DNA of 64,000 nucleotides, from positions 248,001 to 312,000 of the forward strand of contig JASTWF010000493.1 in the NCBI GenBank assembly GCA_030390025.1. Reading direction: 5' to 3'. Below are positions 12,240 through 24,976 of this stretch, piece after piece; position 1 is the first letter of the stretch; each line of letters begins with the position of its first letter. The DNA comes from Squalus acanthias. Lineage: Eukaryota. Below the pieces are notes generated by a model. The model made no database searches. It saw only the letters and a program-made list of their open reading frames with translations, and was not told the origin of the DNA. The position numbers were made by a program, and so were the translations under genes.

Positions 12240-12592
12240 CTATCTTAACTCCATCTACCCACTGAGGTTCCATAATGCTTAATATCCTTGCCGAACAAAA
12301 ATCTATCTATCTCAGTTTTGAAATTTTCAATTGACCTAGGCGCAACAGCTTTTTGGGGGATGAGAATTCCAGATTTCCAGCACACTTTGCGTGAAGAAGC
12401 TCTTCCTGACATCACCCCTGAACAGCCTAGCTCTAATTTGAAGTTTATATCCCTTTCTTCTGAACTTCCCCACCAGAGCAAATAGTTTCTCTCTATTTAC
12501 CCTATCAACTCCTTTGATCCTCTTAAACACCTCAATTAGATCACCCCTTAATCTTCTATACTCCAGGGAATAAAAGCATAGTCTATGCAACC
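12240..12592 (-). mobile_element. CR1 LINE fragment
   Basis: SLEYRRLRGDLIEVFK, RKSFFTQSVLEIWNS, FKTEIDRFL. Confidence 0.85.
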
Positions 12593-14207
12593 AGTCTGGT
12601 AAACAGACAATTAACAGATTAGAATCTGAAAGATGACATTGGGAAAATGGATTGAAAACTATATATGTAAAAGAAAATAATTCTTGTTATTGTAGATAGT
12701 TAACAGAAAAAGAGCTTCCATGGAGCACATTCCTTTATTCCTTTCAATTTTTTACTGTTCTTTGCCCCTACGTAAAGCACCATGGGACATTTTCTACATT
12801 AAATGCTTAATACAAATGCAAGTCATTTTTGTTGTGGAATGGAGGAAAGTCTTAGTCTATGAAAAACAATGTATTTGAAAGAAACATACACTTATTAAGC
12901 ATAATTATGAATGGAGTAGACCCTATAACAGTGACATAAAATACAACAAAATGGTCGTAAGTATAGTATAAGTAGTTTAGCTGGTCAGTCGATCATTTAC
13001 CAAATATATGGGATGTTGCATTTTTATAATTAAACAGTGACATATGGACTATTCAAGAATGCCCATATGTGCAGCATTTAAATTGAAATACACTGTGAAA
13101 CCCAAGAGACTGTTCATTTTCCCTATATTGACTGGAATAAGTAAACACCAAGTCATAACAAGCATTTTTGCTAAGAAATATTTAAGCTATTTTTGTCACA
13201 ACAAGGTCAGTACGTAAGAAATTATGCTCTAAAGTCGGTTTCTAGGTGTGTGCTGGGATGAAAATAGATCCTCTTATACCAGCTGGAAAGGTTCTAAAGT
13301 CCAAAGTGTAAAGTTTAAGCACCAATAACTTCATTACATTTACAATAACATGTACCACAGAGAACACAGAAGGAACATTTACTGTCAGTAGTGTTAATAT
13401 TTAGCCTGAGAAAAATGATTTAGTGAAGAGAAACCAGCTTCATATCATTGTGATGATAGGTTCAGAACTTACTTGTGAAGGACCATACGACAGCATGCTG
13501 CCTGTCTGTGAACCCAATAGAGTTGCTGGTGGTGTACAGGTCCTCCAAAGGGAAAATGAAACTAGGTCACACCTGAGTGAACTTTTGTTGCCTTTAGGAC
13601 ATTTCCCAGAGCAACACTGATTCAGAAGATAGAGCAAAAGGTTTTCCACGCCCAAGCATTCCACTCACCTTCCTCAAGATAAATAACTTTATTTTTAAAT
13701 TCAAATATCTAATACATGAAAGGAATATCTTCTACTATACTGTATGAAGGTAGCAACAATTTACCTCTTTCACGCATACATCTAACACATTAGAAGCCTC
13801 TTGCTTATATCACTAACGTCAGTGAACTTTGGTTTCTAAATGTTTTATGTTACATTTTATTCTGTTGTGGAGTGTTCAGTTTACAGCGGGCAGCTGATTA
13901 TAATCACTGGCTCCCAATGACCAAGTTGTAATGGAGTCGAAACATATTATTCCTCACTTGTACAGTAGACTAAAAGTGGCAGTAAAACTAATCTATACAT
14001 TTTTATTGTTAGCACAGATTCTTTAAGCATATTCTTTAAGCAAAATAATAAGTTTTGTGTTGCATTAAGAGTAACTGAGGTGCAAATGATAAAGAGCCCA
14101 CAGAAGTATCATACTAATTTGAATTGCACTTGCTAAGCCTGTACAGCACTGAACTGCAATGCATTGTGACTGTACAACACTCTATGTTCTACCTAAAGAA
14201 AGAATCC

Positions 14208-14392
14208 GAGTAGGACTGGAACAAAGAATGTTCCACATATCCCATGAAAAGGCAGGCATAGCTAGGGCCCATGCGGATTCCCATAGCAATACCTCTGTTT
14301 CTCTCTCCACGGATGCTGCCTGGCCTGCTGAGTGTTTCCAGCATTTTCTGTTGTTATTTCAGATTTCCAGCATCCGCAATATTTTGCTATTG
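14208..14392. mobile_element. Penelope-like element micro-insertion: inverted RT fragment joined to a terminal-repeat segment
   Basis: Minus strand 14293-14208 encodes GIAMGIRMGPSYACLFMGYVEHSLFQSY (PLE RT motif); plus strand 14293-14392 matches the repeat at 24914-24977 and 61710-61770; perfect 14-bp TSD taaagaaagaatcc (14194-14207 / 14393-14406). Confidence 0.85.
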
Positions 14393-14759
14393 TAAAGAAA
14401 GAATCCATTTGATTCCCATATACATATCTTTAAAATAGGTGAGTAAATTATTTTATTAATATATTGTCCAAATATATCATCTTTGTTGCACTATGATTTC
14501 GAAAATAATTTTTAGGAACTCACTGAAATAGGACTAGCAGTGCCGAAGAATGCAACATTTTTCACTTTTCACTCAGTAACTTAAGCATGGTCAAGGATAT
14601 TGTGGCTTGGATCAGAAGCAATCAGAACTCTCATATGTTGCAATGCCAGTGTATCTGACACTTTAAGAAAGCACCCTTTATTGCACTAATGCTATACAAT
14701 AGAGTTTTCATTTCCTGCACTCTCTATTCCTGGGGATTTGGAGTATAATATTTCAGCTA

Positions 14760-15020
14760 AATTCATGTGGCGGTCCTTTTCCTTGGGTGTTGGATTGAGA
14801 TAACTCAAATTGATTTTATTTTGTGACTCTTTACAGCCATCAGAAATAAGACTGACTGCCATCCATGCAGGAATCCGCAGTGTGAAGTGGATTCAAATCA
14901 TGGTGGTAGATTTATTCACTCAGAGTTGGACTGAAACAGCTTAAATTAATTTATTTGTGACCCTTTACAGCTATCCGAAAGAGGCATTCATCCCTAAACA
15001 CCATGCCTGTGTAGCCTTTT
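14760..15020. repeat. Diverged direct repeat, period ~136 bp
   Basis: gttggattgagataactcaaattgattttattttgtgactctttacagc (14789) vs gttggactgaaacagcttaaattaatttatttgtgaccctttacagc (14925). Confidence 0.65.
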
Positions 15021-15029
15021 GCTGTGAAA

Positions 15030-15153
15030 CATAGAAACATAGAAACATAGAAGATAGGAGCAGGAGTAGGCCATTCGGCCCCTCGAGCCTGCTCCGCCAT
15101 TCGATGAGATCATGGCTGATCATCTAAACTCAGTACCCTGTACCTGCCTTCTC
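15030..15153 (-). mobile_element. CR1 (HER1-like) LINE 3' tail
   Basis: (catagaaa)n tail plus gaagataggagcaggagtaggccattcggcccctcgagcc; 8-bp TSD ctgtgaaa (15022 / 15154). Confidence 0.8.
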
Positions 15154-15561
15154 CTGTGAAAATAAAATCCACTCCAAGTTTGTAGTAATAACCTTACTGT
15201 TGAACGCATTATTTTGTATCAAAACATGTGGAAATACAGCCTTTTCTTTCCTCGCAAAAAGTTTACTCACCAAAAAGTACTTCTTTTATAGTATATTTAC
15301 TGCTGAGCTGTTAACTATCCAATGTACCTTAAATTGGTGCCGTGCAATAAGACATCCAATCAGATATCATTTGAAATTAGTCAAATTCAAAGCCACTTAA
15401 TCACTGCAAATTATGTAACTTAATGCACTAGTGGTAGTAAATGATGAAAAATTGTGATCCAGATGACAACAGAATTTTTTTTTCATTGTACTGGCTACAT
15501 AGTCCAAAAGCAATCAAACATGCTTGCCCTTTATTAATAACCCTCTGTGGTCAGAAACAAT

Positions 15562-17344
15562 GGGGAGAAATTTAACAAAGGTGAACGGGTGGGAGTGGGT
15601 GCGAGTGGGGGGTCAAATGGGGAAAAATTGGAAGCGTGTCGGGAAGCCGGCTCCAAACCGTCGACTTCCGACCTTTACTCAGGCGGGACAAGGGGTGGGC
15701 AGCCAACCCGCTCTCAGGAGGCAGGTTGCCACTTTAAATATGATAATGAGCAGGAAGCCTCAGATTTAACCTGCTTTGCAGGTTTTACTGTGGCCGGATG
15801 GGGTTTCCGGGCCTCAGGAATCCCGGCAGCTGCAGCGAGGCAAGGACAGTGTCGGGGAGCTCCCTTTGTGGGCCAGGAGGTAGCTCCTCTAGGCCCACAA
15901 AGAGTGGTCCCTGAGGCTGTCCTCGCCTCGCTGCAGCTGCCAGGACTCCTGAGTATATTCACTGACTATTTTGCAATTCAGCAAGTGGATGCAACTAAAT
16001 ACTGCATGAATTGTCTAATGTAAATGTGTGCCAGCAACCCCTCTGCAAATTTATACGTCAGTTCTACTGTCTGGGTTGCTGGTTAAAGTGAGTGAGGTTG
16101 GCAATATAACTCCACAAATGGTCTGGTGGGAAAGGGCACAGTGCTTCCTCCCAGCCCCCCAAGCTCCCTCACCATCAACACCCACCCTCCCATAAAACAT
16201 CCCCCCTGGGATCAGACCCCCCCCGGGGTCAGGTTTCAGACCCCCTGGGGTTGGGAATCAGACCCCACCTTGGGATTGGAACCCCGTCCCCGGATGAGGG
16301 ACTGTGTCCCCGGGCAAACAATGTCCCCAGAAGAGTCCCCGGTTCAGGAAACTCATCCCCGAATAAGCGCGGGTTCAAATCAGGAGCTGCCCTATGGTCG
16401 GTCAGTAAAGTGGGCGTTGCTGTGCGGTGGGGTGGGTTCCAATTGGTGGGAGGGATGTCAATCTCCTGTTTTCAACCAGTAGAAGGGGCGAACTCACTGA
16501 GGGACAATAATTTATGCAGAGATTGCGTCTGTGGCTGCAGTACGCATGCTCCACGCCTCCCCACCCACCATCTCCCCATCCGCTAGCCTCCCCCTTCACT
16601 CCTGCCACCAAATCCCCGGATAGTCCTGTGAAATTCGGTTGGAGAGAAATCGGCTCCGGAGCCAAAATTTCCGAGTAATGGGGGCCGCTGATAACTGGAC
16701 TAATGAGCAGTGGCTGGAACCGGGCCGTGTGGATGTCCCAGGAGTCGGATCAGAGCACGCTTCGCGGCCTCGGATGGTGTGGGTGATTGTCGAGCTGCGA
16801 GGAGAGGGAGGAGCTGGTGATTGCGGCTGGCAGATGCTGTGAACAGCGGCCGCATTATTCAGGCGGAAAGTTCTGCCGCTGCTTTTTGCAGATTCTGTTT
16901 GCATCAAAATAACAAAAAATTTTGCCTCGCTACGCTGCGCAACCTACATTTTCCGTCCTGGCTACTTTTACTGTGCTCCCACCCTGTCTGTCCCCAGATT
17001 CGGTTTAGAAAATATGGTCACCCTATCCTTTAAGGACCGCTGGTTAGGCCATATGTAGACCATGTTTTCATGAATGCAGCTGATCCGTTGCCAGCTGTGT
17101 TCAGGTCAGCTCAATTTTACAAAGGGAGTCTCAAACAGGTGTTAAGCCCCCTATTTGTGTGTACAAAAGGCCCAACACCTGTTTCAGGTGCGGTTCCTGG
17201 AAGCCTCTTTTTCTGCCTTTACTAACATGGTGAGCAGCACACTTTCAGCACGCAATGGGTGCATGTGCCTCGCCCGCCATATTTGATGCTTAGGCACCCA
17301 TTTTACGACTGAGAAGTGGCGCAGCGACATCGAATTTCTAGGCC
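15562..17344. mobile_element. GC-rich cluster of nested non-autonomous DNA transposons (Harbinger-like ends, internal hAT-like end)
   Basis: Left end ggggagaaattt; right end gaatttctaggcc (17344); internal aaatatggtcacccta (17025; reverse complement TAGGGTGACCA, hAT-like); 17030-17344 resembles 62170-62470. Confidence 0.55.
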
Positions 17345-18586
17345 TTCATATATGTACCTCAGTTGAGGACAAAATAGGGCCCTACTAGATCAAAATGCCT
17401 GCTGACATTCAGTAGCCACACCTGTGCTGAACAGCCGACATACCAGAGGGCACCCAGAACCTGCAGAACCATGCCCCAGTATATGTCAGCACTTTCAGGA
17501 GAGAAAGGGAGAAAATTGAGGGAAGGAATAACTATCACATGCACAAAAATATTAGCTGTAATCCCACTGTTAATTCCAGTCTCCAGGTGTTATGTATGTT
17601 GAAAGAAAAATCGTTAGATCTCAAGAATTAAATTATGGTGGTCCATACTTGGACCAATCAAGTTTCTCTTCTTCGCATCTTTCTGCATCAAGTTTGTTGT
17701 CATAGATTCATAAAGAATGACAGCAAAGCACAATATTAAATATATACCGTGTGGATAATATAGTAAAGCATACAATACAAGCCACAAGATCATAGTCGAA
17801 CTCGCTAGAACAAGAAATAATTCCACAGCAGAAAAGGGAAGACAATACACAGAAATTTACTCTAACAATACTCCCAGAATATCACCTCCCCTTTGATAAT
17901 TTGACTGCTTTATAATCCCTGTTAGGTTACAAAATAATAAGTTGTAAACATTTTGGATCAACATAAAGGTATACAGAAATTGAAAAATTACTATTATAAC
18001 ATAGAGACATATAGAGACCTGAGTGTACAATCAAATTCAATTAGAAACCATACTAAGCATACTCTATCTTTTGCTTTGCATTTAAAAATATGATTAAATA
18101 ACTTAGAATACCTATAGTAATGTATATTGCCTGTCATTCTTTGCTAATTCTTTGCTTGATTGGCACAGACTCTTCCATACTGTGACTGCAACAACACTCC
18201 AGCCTCTGGCCTTCATTCTACCCTAAGGCTTATTAAATTACTCGGGCCTGCTTATGATTTTCAGTTTTGTCAGATTTTGTGCTGCAGGAATCTCAGCCAC
18301 TAATGAAAACCAGGATGCACCATCTTTTTACATTAGTAAAAGTTGGTGGCTCAACTCCCATCACTGGCATATATGAAATAGATGGCTATCCAAAGAACAA
18401 TTTCAGTCTATTTAACTAGGTGAAATAATCAACAAAATATTAAAAGTTAGGCAGTGTAACAGGTCAACAAACTGTTTGGAACTGGGGGTGAGTAGACAGG
18501 AGTAAATAATTAATGGGCAAATGCTACAGATTTACTATCTACAAGTTGATTCCCTTGTGGCATTGTACACAGGAAGTCAAGACCAG

Positions 18587-18945
18587 GGGGCTGATTTTAA
18601 ATTGTTGCGCCTGCCGTTAACTGGCCGATAACAGCCTCAAAATGGTGTCAGTAGCCTTACTGCCCCATAAACCCGATGATGTGGTCAGCGCCCTTTTGAA
18701 AAGGGCCTATCGCTGGGCATCCAAACCACTTGCCTGTTTCAGGTGCTAGACCACTTTTAATCTTCACATTGCGATTCTAGAACCCCGATTGCCATTTTAG
18801 GTTGGAACTGGTTAGAGCGTGCGCCCTGCACACTCCGACCAGTTCCACGGGTGATAGAGCTGAAGAGGCCCAGCCATGAGGCCCGGGCCTCAAAACTGAG
18901 TCTGTCTCTCCAACGTTGGTCATCCAAAAGTCAAAATTGACCCCA
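18587..18945. mobile_element. Harbinger-type MITE
   Basis: gggggctgattttaaa ... caaaagtcaaaattgacccc termini; GC- and CpG-rich interior. Confidence 0.5.
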
Positions 18946-19344
18946 AGTGTAGTGTTCAGGTGAAGCAGGGTTAGATGGTGGGAATAATTGGGCCAGAGAC
19001 AAAATTTAGTTGCCATTTTAAAGTCATCCATTCTGTCCTTATTGTTATATAATTTAAAAAAATAATATAACAAGTCAATCGCCCATAGCATTACACAGAG
19101 ACAGTCAAGACAAAGTGTAGCCTTCAGGTGAAGTGGGGTTAAAGGGTGGTGGATAATTGAATCAGAGCAAGCAGATGTAATTTAGTCTGTATTTTAAAGT
19201 CATACATTTGGTCTTTATTTTATTTAATACTCTAATTTTGTTTTTCTACTGGTCACTCTCCTGTGGTGTTGCATGGGGAGTCAAGATCAAGCACAGTATT
19301 CAGGTCAAGCAGCGTTAGAGGATGGGAACATAACTGGACCTAGA

Positions 19345-19925
19345 TGGGAGAGGAGACGTGGAAGAGGAGGGGAGGAGGCAAATGGAAGGGGGTGGAGTAG
19401 GAAAGAGGAGGAGATGGGGTAGAGATAGAATGTGAGGGAGTGGAGGAGAGAGAAAGAAGAGAGGGAAAGATAAGGAAATTGGGGGAAGGAGGGGAAGGAA
19501 AGAGGAGAGAAGAAGGGAGTCAACAGAGAAGAGAGAATGGGAGGATAGAGAGGAGAGGAAGGGAGAATGAAGAGGATTAGGGAGAAAGGGCAGGGGAGGT
19601 GGGTAGAGGAGAGTGAGAGGTGGAGAGGAGAGGAAAGGAGGAAGGGAAAGGGGAGGGGAAGAGGATGGGAATGTGGATGAGAAACAGAAATGGGAGAAGA
19701 GTGGAAGAGGAGGAAAGGAGAGGGGAGGAGGAGGGGTTGGAGGAGTGGGGACAACAGGGAGAAGAATGGGGAGGGGGATAAGGATAGAAGGATATGGGGA
19801 GGGGGAGCAGGATGGGGAGAGGAAGAGAATGGGGAATATAGATGAGGGGAAGGGGACAGAGGAACAGGGAGGGGAAGAAAAAAGAGAGAGAAGGATAAAA
19901 GAAGAGGAGCACAAGGGGTGGAGCA
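19345..19925. repeat. Purine-rich (GA) low-complexity tract
   Basis: ~580 bp of almost only G and A on the plus strand. Confidence 0.9.
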
Positions 19926-19944
19926 ATTGAATGAATGACCAGTT

Positions 19945-20250
19945 AATATGCTTTTTTTGGAGATAAATAGTTGGGGGAGAAATGTTAGTCAGGATACCAG
20001 GAGAGCTCCCTGCATGGTTAATTGGCCAGGGCGCCACAACTCTATTGGATCTTTAACATCCACCAGAACAGGCATAACAGCCCCTTGGCTTAACATCTCA
20101 TCCAAAGCACAGCACCTCCAACAATGCTGTACTCCCTCAGCACTGCACTGGAGTGTTAGCCTAGACTATTAGGTTGAAACCCAGCATGATGCTTGAACTC
20201 ACATCCTTGTGACTCAGAGGTCAGAACCTACCAACTGAGCCAAGCTGACA
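19945..20250 (-). mobile_element. DeuSINE (SacSINE1-like) copy
   Basis: Colinear with 7960-8215 (gctgtactccctcagcactgcactggagtgttagcctag). Confidence 0.7.
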
Positions 20251-21719
20251 TCATCTCAATAATCAAATTTTAATATTATTTGGAATACATGCAAAGGTAT
20301 TTTCTTACTTTTATGTTTTCAGCACCTAACATCTGCTATTACTAATATGTATTTTAATATGAAACAGTCGTGTTCTGTGGCAGTATATTTGAAATAAAAT
20401 GTAGACTTATTTCCTATCTGTTGCATCTTTGAGAATTAAAAAAAACAGAATTTTAACAAGTAGCTTGTCAAAGAAATGTTATTTGAATATTAGAAGATGA
20501 TTGGCTGCAAAGTGCCCCCAGTTGACTGCTGAGGATACTTGACTTTGATTCGGCCTATCCTGATGATGTCATAAAGGTGAGCCAAACAGTAGAGGAAGGG
20601 TTAAACTAAACAGCATTTAGTATAAAATGTAGAACTACTTAAAAAGGGAGAATGCAACAGAAATATAACCATAGCCCCATGGATTAATGCGTGGCTTAGG
20701 TTCCTGCTCCTGATCACTTTCCACTGGTCCCTGCTTAAGTGTGGTTCTCAGGTGGCTTCATGATTCCATCAGTGGTCCAGTATTCTACTAACACTCAATG
20801 TTTAAGTTTGCATATGAAGAGTGGCATTTTCAGCGAGGAACCTGAGGGATGCCAGCAGTTACATTATTATAGTCTAGAATGAGATAGAGGAGAAAACTGG
20901 GTGAAAAAGAAATGTAAAAAAAACTTTTTAAGGTGTGTCTGTAAAACAATATTAGACTTTGTACATACTGTCTTGCCAACATTTCTATAACCTTGTAAAA
21001 CTCCAATCCAGAACACAATATGCAGCACACATTTTTCAAGACAAGAGATGCCCAAATACATTATGAAGTATGTGAAATGAGCCTTCAATAATATTTGGTG
21101 GAGCTTATTGCCAAGTAATGACAGAAATAGTAAGCACGCACTTTCTTTGTTTATTTATAAATAAACTGACATTTATCTCTGAACTTACAATTCTAGGCAC
21201 AAAAAATTACTTGAATAAGACAAAGTGAAACATTCTGTAACAATGTGAAGCTGGGGATGAGGGGAGGAGCAGGGACAAAGCAAACTTTCTGCCAGGAATG
21301 TGGAGAGCTCTATGTAACGTGAAGCACTTGAGAGACAGGCTGGCCAGCCTGATGACAGCCAGAAGATTAATGGATTTAACCTTCACTCTCATCTTCCACT
21401 TCTACAGCTTATCCTCAATTTAGCAAAATACTTCATGCATGCATGTGTACATATGTCCACTACTGATTAACCCTCCAGACAAAATACTTTGAACAAGCTT
21501 TGGCCACTAAGACTGCATGTTTTATATGTGGAAATATACAGTAATATAAAAAGGCCAGTCATGCCATACCTATATTTCCTCCCAAATAGTACAAATACTG
21601 ACATATGAAACTTGCCAAAATGACTAAGAACGAACTTGCACTTATACAGACTACCAGCTGATTAAAGGAAACAGGCTCAGGCTCAGGAAATCAATATTTT
21701 TAATTAGCTATGGGGCTCA

Positions 21720-22935
21720 TTTAGGAACATAAGAATAGCTAGACAAAAAAGGACCAAGGTCCATCTATTTCATCTTCTACCATCCTGGTATTTGCATGAT
21801 ACAATGAAAATTGAGTTGTTGACCAATCATGGTAATCAATCTCTATTAATTAGTCTACAACAGACCCAGACATGAGGCAAGGAAAATCACCCAGTGGTGG
21901 ATAGCTTTGGAAATAGGTCCAAAGTCACCTGTTGCTTCCAAGTAGGCTACACTTACCATATGCCATGTCTCAAATTAACCTCATATACTGTATCCCAAAA
22001 TATTATTTTCTGAAAGAAATCTTTCTTATTTGCATTTTAATGAATCAACACTATCTTCTTCCACCGTCTTCCTAGGGAGCCTGTTCCAGAGATTTACCAG
22101 TCGATCAGTGAAATAATGGCCCTGATACTTACGGGGAGGCGGGGATGATGCAGGGGAGCGCGGTGGTGGTGGTGGTGGGGGGGAGCCGGAGAGTCCGGGG
22201 ACTCGGAGGTCCTGCCGAATTTAACGGCAGGAATTCATTATAATTTTCTTCTTCCATTTCCCATCCAGCAGCCAGCCATATTGACAGGCGGGTTGAGGAT
22301 GCCTTCCCTGATTTTTAATTTTTACCCCCACTTCCCCCCGACCCCGACCCCCTCCTGTCTGTTGTGGAAGGGGCGGGGGTGGGGGGTTAATATCAAGGCC
22401 AATGTTTCCGCAGATTAGTGTTGAATTTACCTCCCCTCAAGCGCAGACCATGTGCTCTGGTTTTACTGTTCTAGACAAAGTGAAAGAGCTTGTCATCATC
22501 TACATTATCTAGTCCCTTTAGAATCCTAAAAACAGTAACCGTATCAACTCTAAACCTTTTCCAATGAGAACATGCCAATTTAGGTAATTGCTCCTCATAA
22601 CCCAATCCCTCAATCATTCTCTTCTGTATACTTTCAATAGCTGCAATATCCTTTTTGTAATGCGGTGACTAGAACTGTACACAGAGCGGTCGCACGAATT
22701 ATTTATAAAGTGGCAGGATTACCTCATTTTATCATCTCACTATTGACTTTCTAATATATCCCAACATCTGATTTGCTTTACTTACTGCTGCAAATCATTG
22801 TTGTGATGGCTTCAATTTATTGTCAATCAGGACCCTGAGAGCTCTTTCATTTTACATAGACATTATTTTCTTTCCATTTAAATAATAGTCCCTTCCTCGA
22901 TTTTTTTGTTCCCGTGTGAAGCACTTGCATTTCTC
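21720..22935 (-). mobile_element. Old CR1-clade LINE fragment with nested MITE
   Basis: gaacataagaa-type tail at the left; degraded RT-like sequence; interrupted at 22118-22400. Confidence 0.6.
22118..22400. mobile_element. Harbinger-type MITE
   Basis: TIRs ggccctgatactta / taatatcaaggcc; 3-bp TSD AAT on both sides. Confidence 0.8.
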
Positions 22936-24869
22936 TCATAAAAATAAGATTCTCCATTTTTTTTTTTTATTTCCCAGGATTTTGTTTCATTTTTGTATTA
23001 ATATGATTCAGTTGAAAATCAGAGAGCAAAATGACTGCTGGGTAAAAACTGCGGGGAAAATTCATTGTGACAAAAAACGCAGCAAAAATATTTTTTTTTA
23101 ATATATATTTAAAAAATATTTTTGTCTACTTTTATTTTATTTAATCTTTATTTTATTTTTATTTGACTTATTTAGCAGATAGTGGTAGGAGGTAAGCCCA
23201 TGACAAACAAAGAAAAGAAAGAATAATTGCATTTACAGAGGGGGAGAAAATTCAATTTCTGTACTCCCAGCACACGCCAGGAGCGCTTATGGCAAAATTG
23301 TATAACCCCAGCTCATCATTTACTATCCATTAAAATTAATGAAAGAAAAACTACAGCTTAGGAGTGCAAGATTTCCCAACATGTGTCTTATGTCCCTGCT
23401 ATAAACATTTAAGGATGATTTTATGAATACTACTCCCAGATGAAATCTCGCCCACTGGGAACACATATTGGGAAATCACAGGTATGCTCCCACAATTTTC
23501 CAATGGATGAAGATCATGGGGAGCGTATCCACGAGTTCCCTGTGTATGCTCCCAGTGGGTGTGCATTTGAAAAATTATCTCTTTAATGTTTTTGATGGTG
23601 TGTTGGTCAAGAGATGAGAAAGAAACCAGATAACAGCTCCTGATGGAGTGCACACAACAAAATCTGGCAAGATTCAGGAAAATCATAAAGTTTGGGGAAA
23701 GTTACAGATAGTTAAGTCTAATGATTCCAAACAAGAATCAAAATTGGAATCACTTTAAAACCCAGTTTTTTTACAGTTGAAAATAGGTAAAAGCTGAAAA
23801 CAGAATCTTAAGTACAAATTTACAACATAAAGCATTATATACTTGTAAAAATTTATGTTTATAAAATGGAGAGAGGCACTGGAACAGGTTGGTCCACTTT
23901 GCTAAGGAAATGAAGCTGTTCTAAGTAACCCATACAATGTGTGGTTTAGCTAATGAGATATCCTGTGGGAGTTTCCTTACAAGCAGAAAGATTCAGTGGT
24001 GGGAAACACGGCCACCTCAAAGATTCCATACACAAATTGTTTCCATTTGGTTAAAGCAAGGTCATCTTATAATGGAAAGATTACTAAAAGTGAACTGCTT
24101 TGAATTGTACCTTCATTCCCACACATGGTACTGTAGTAAAACTGTTACATTCACAGTACCCCCTCTGGCTGATCATATGACACACAGACATTGTACTCTT
24201 TATCCTGAATCAGCCTACAATTACACTTCAACCATCCAAAATGAAATCAGAGCTTTTACATTAAACTTATGTCCTCTCATACATTTGACAGCTTTAACAC
24301 AATGCTGTTGTTTTGTTTCCTCACTCAAAATTGTGAATGCATGTCATTCCCTCGCACATTATATAATCCTACGGATGCTTCTTTAATGCAGCTATCCATA
24401 AAACAATGCAATCTTAGAGTGCTTCCCCCTTTTTTTTAATAAAGCACAATTTTGTTAAAGTGTGAAACCAGTGCTGTATAATGTTGCTACTTACACAGTC
24501 TCAAACTCCACAACATTATAAATGTGGTACAAACGTAAGAATTAGGAGCAGGACTAGGCCATACAATCCCTCGAGCCTGCTCCGCCATTCAATAAGATCA
24601 TGGCTGACCTTTGACGTCAACTCCACTTTCCTGCCCGATCCCCATATCCCTTGATTCCGTTAGTGTGCAAAAATGTATTGCTCTCAGCCTTGAATATACT
24701 CAATGACTGAGCATCCACAACCCTCTGGGGTAGATAATTCCAAAGATTCACAACCCTCTGAGTGAAGAAATTCTCCTCATCTCAGTCCTAAATGGCCGAC
24801 CCCTTATCCTGAGACTATGCCCCTAGTTCTAGACTCTCCAGCCAGGGGAAACAGCCTCTCAGCATCTAA

Positions 24870-24976
24870 CTTTTTCCAGTTCTGATGAAAGGTCATCGAC
24901 CTGAAACATTAACTCTGTTTCTCTCTCCACAGATGTTGCCTGACCTGCTGAGTATTTCCAGCATTTTCTGTTTTTA
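24870..24976 (+). mobile_element. Penelope-like terminal repeat fragment carrying a hammerhead motif
   Basis: Inserted in the CR1; degenerate TSD tctcagcatcta (24857) / tctcaacctcta (24977); same family as 14293-14392. Confidence 0.75.
24878..24914 (+). ncRNA. Minimal type I hammerhead ribozyme motif (one CpG-decay change)
   Basis: AGUU-CUGAUGA-A-AGGUC(AUC)GACCU-GAA-ACAU-U-AACU: stem I AGUU/AACU, stem II 5 bp; helix III reads ACAU versus ACGU in the 61698 copy. Confidence 0.65.

Noticed and set aside
17614-17850. 78-aa membrane-like ORF or possible exon
   Set aside because: Non-ATG start, no recognisable domain and no convincing splice sites.
19305-20037. Long ORFs of 105-240 aa
   Set aside because: Artefacts of the GA-rich low-complexity tract (Pro/Ser/Leu/Phe or Gly/Glu/Arg only).
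23937-24386. 149-aa ATG-initiated ORF
   Set aside because: No recognisable motif, and its composition is typical of non-coding AT-rich DNA.
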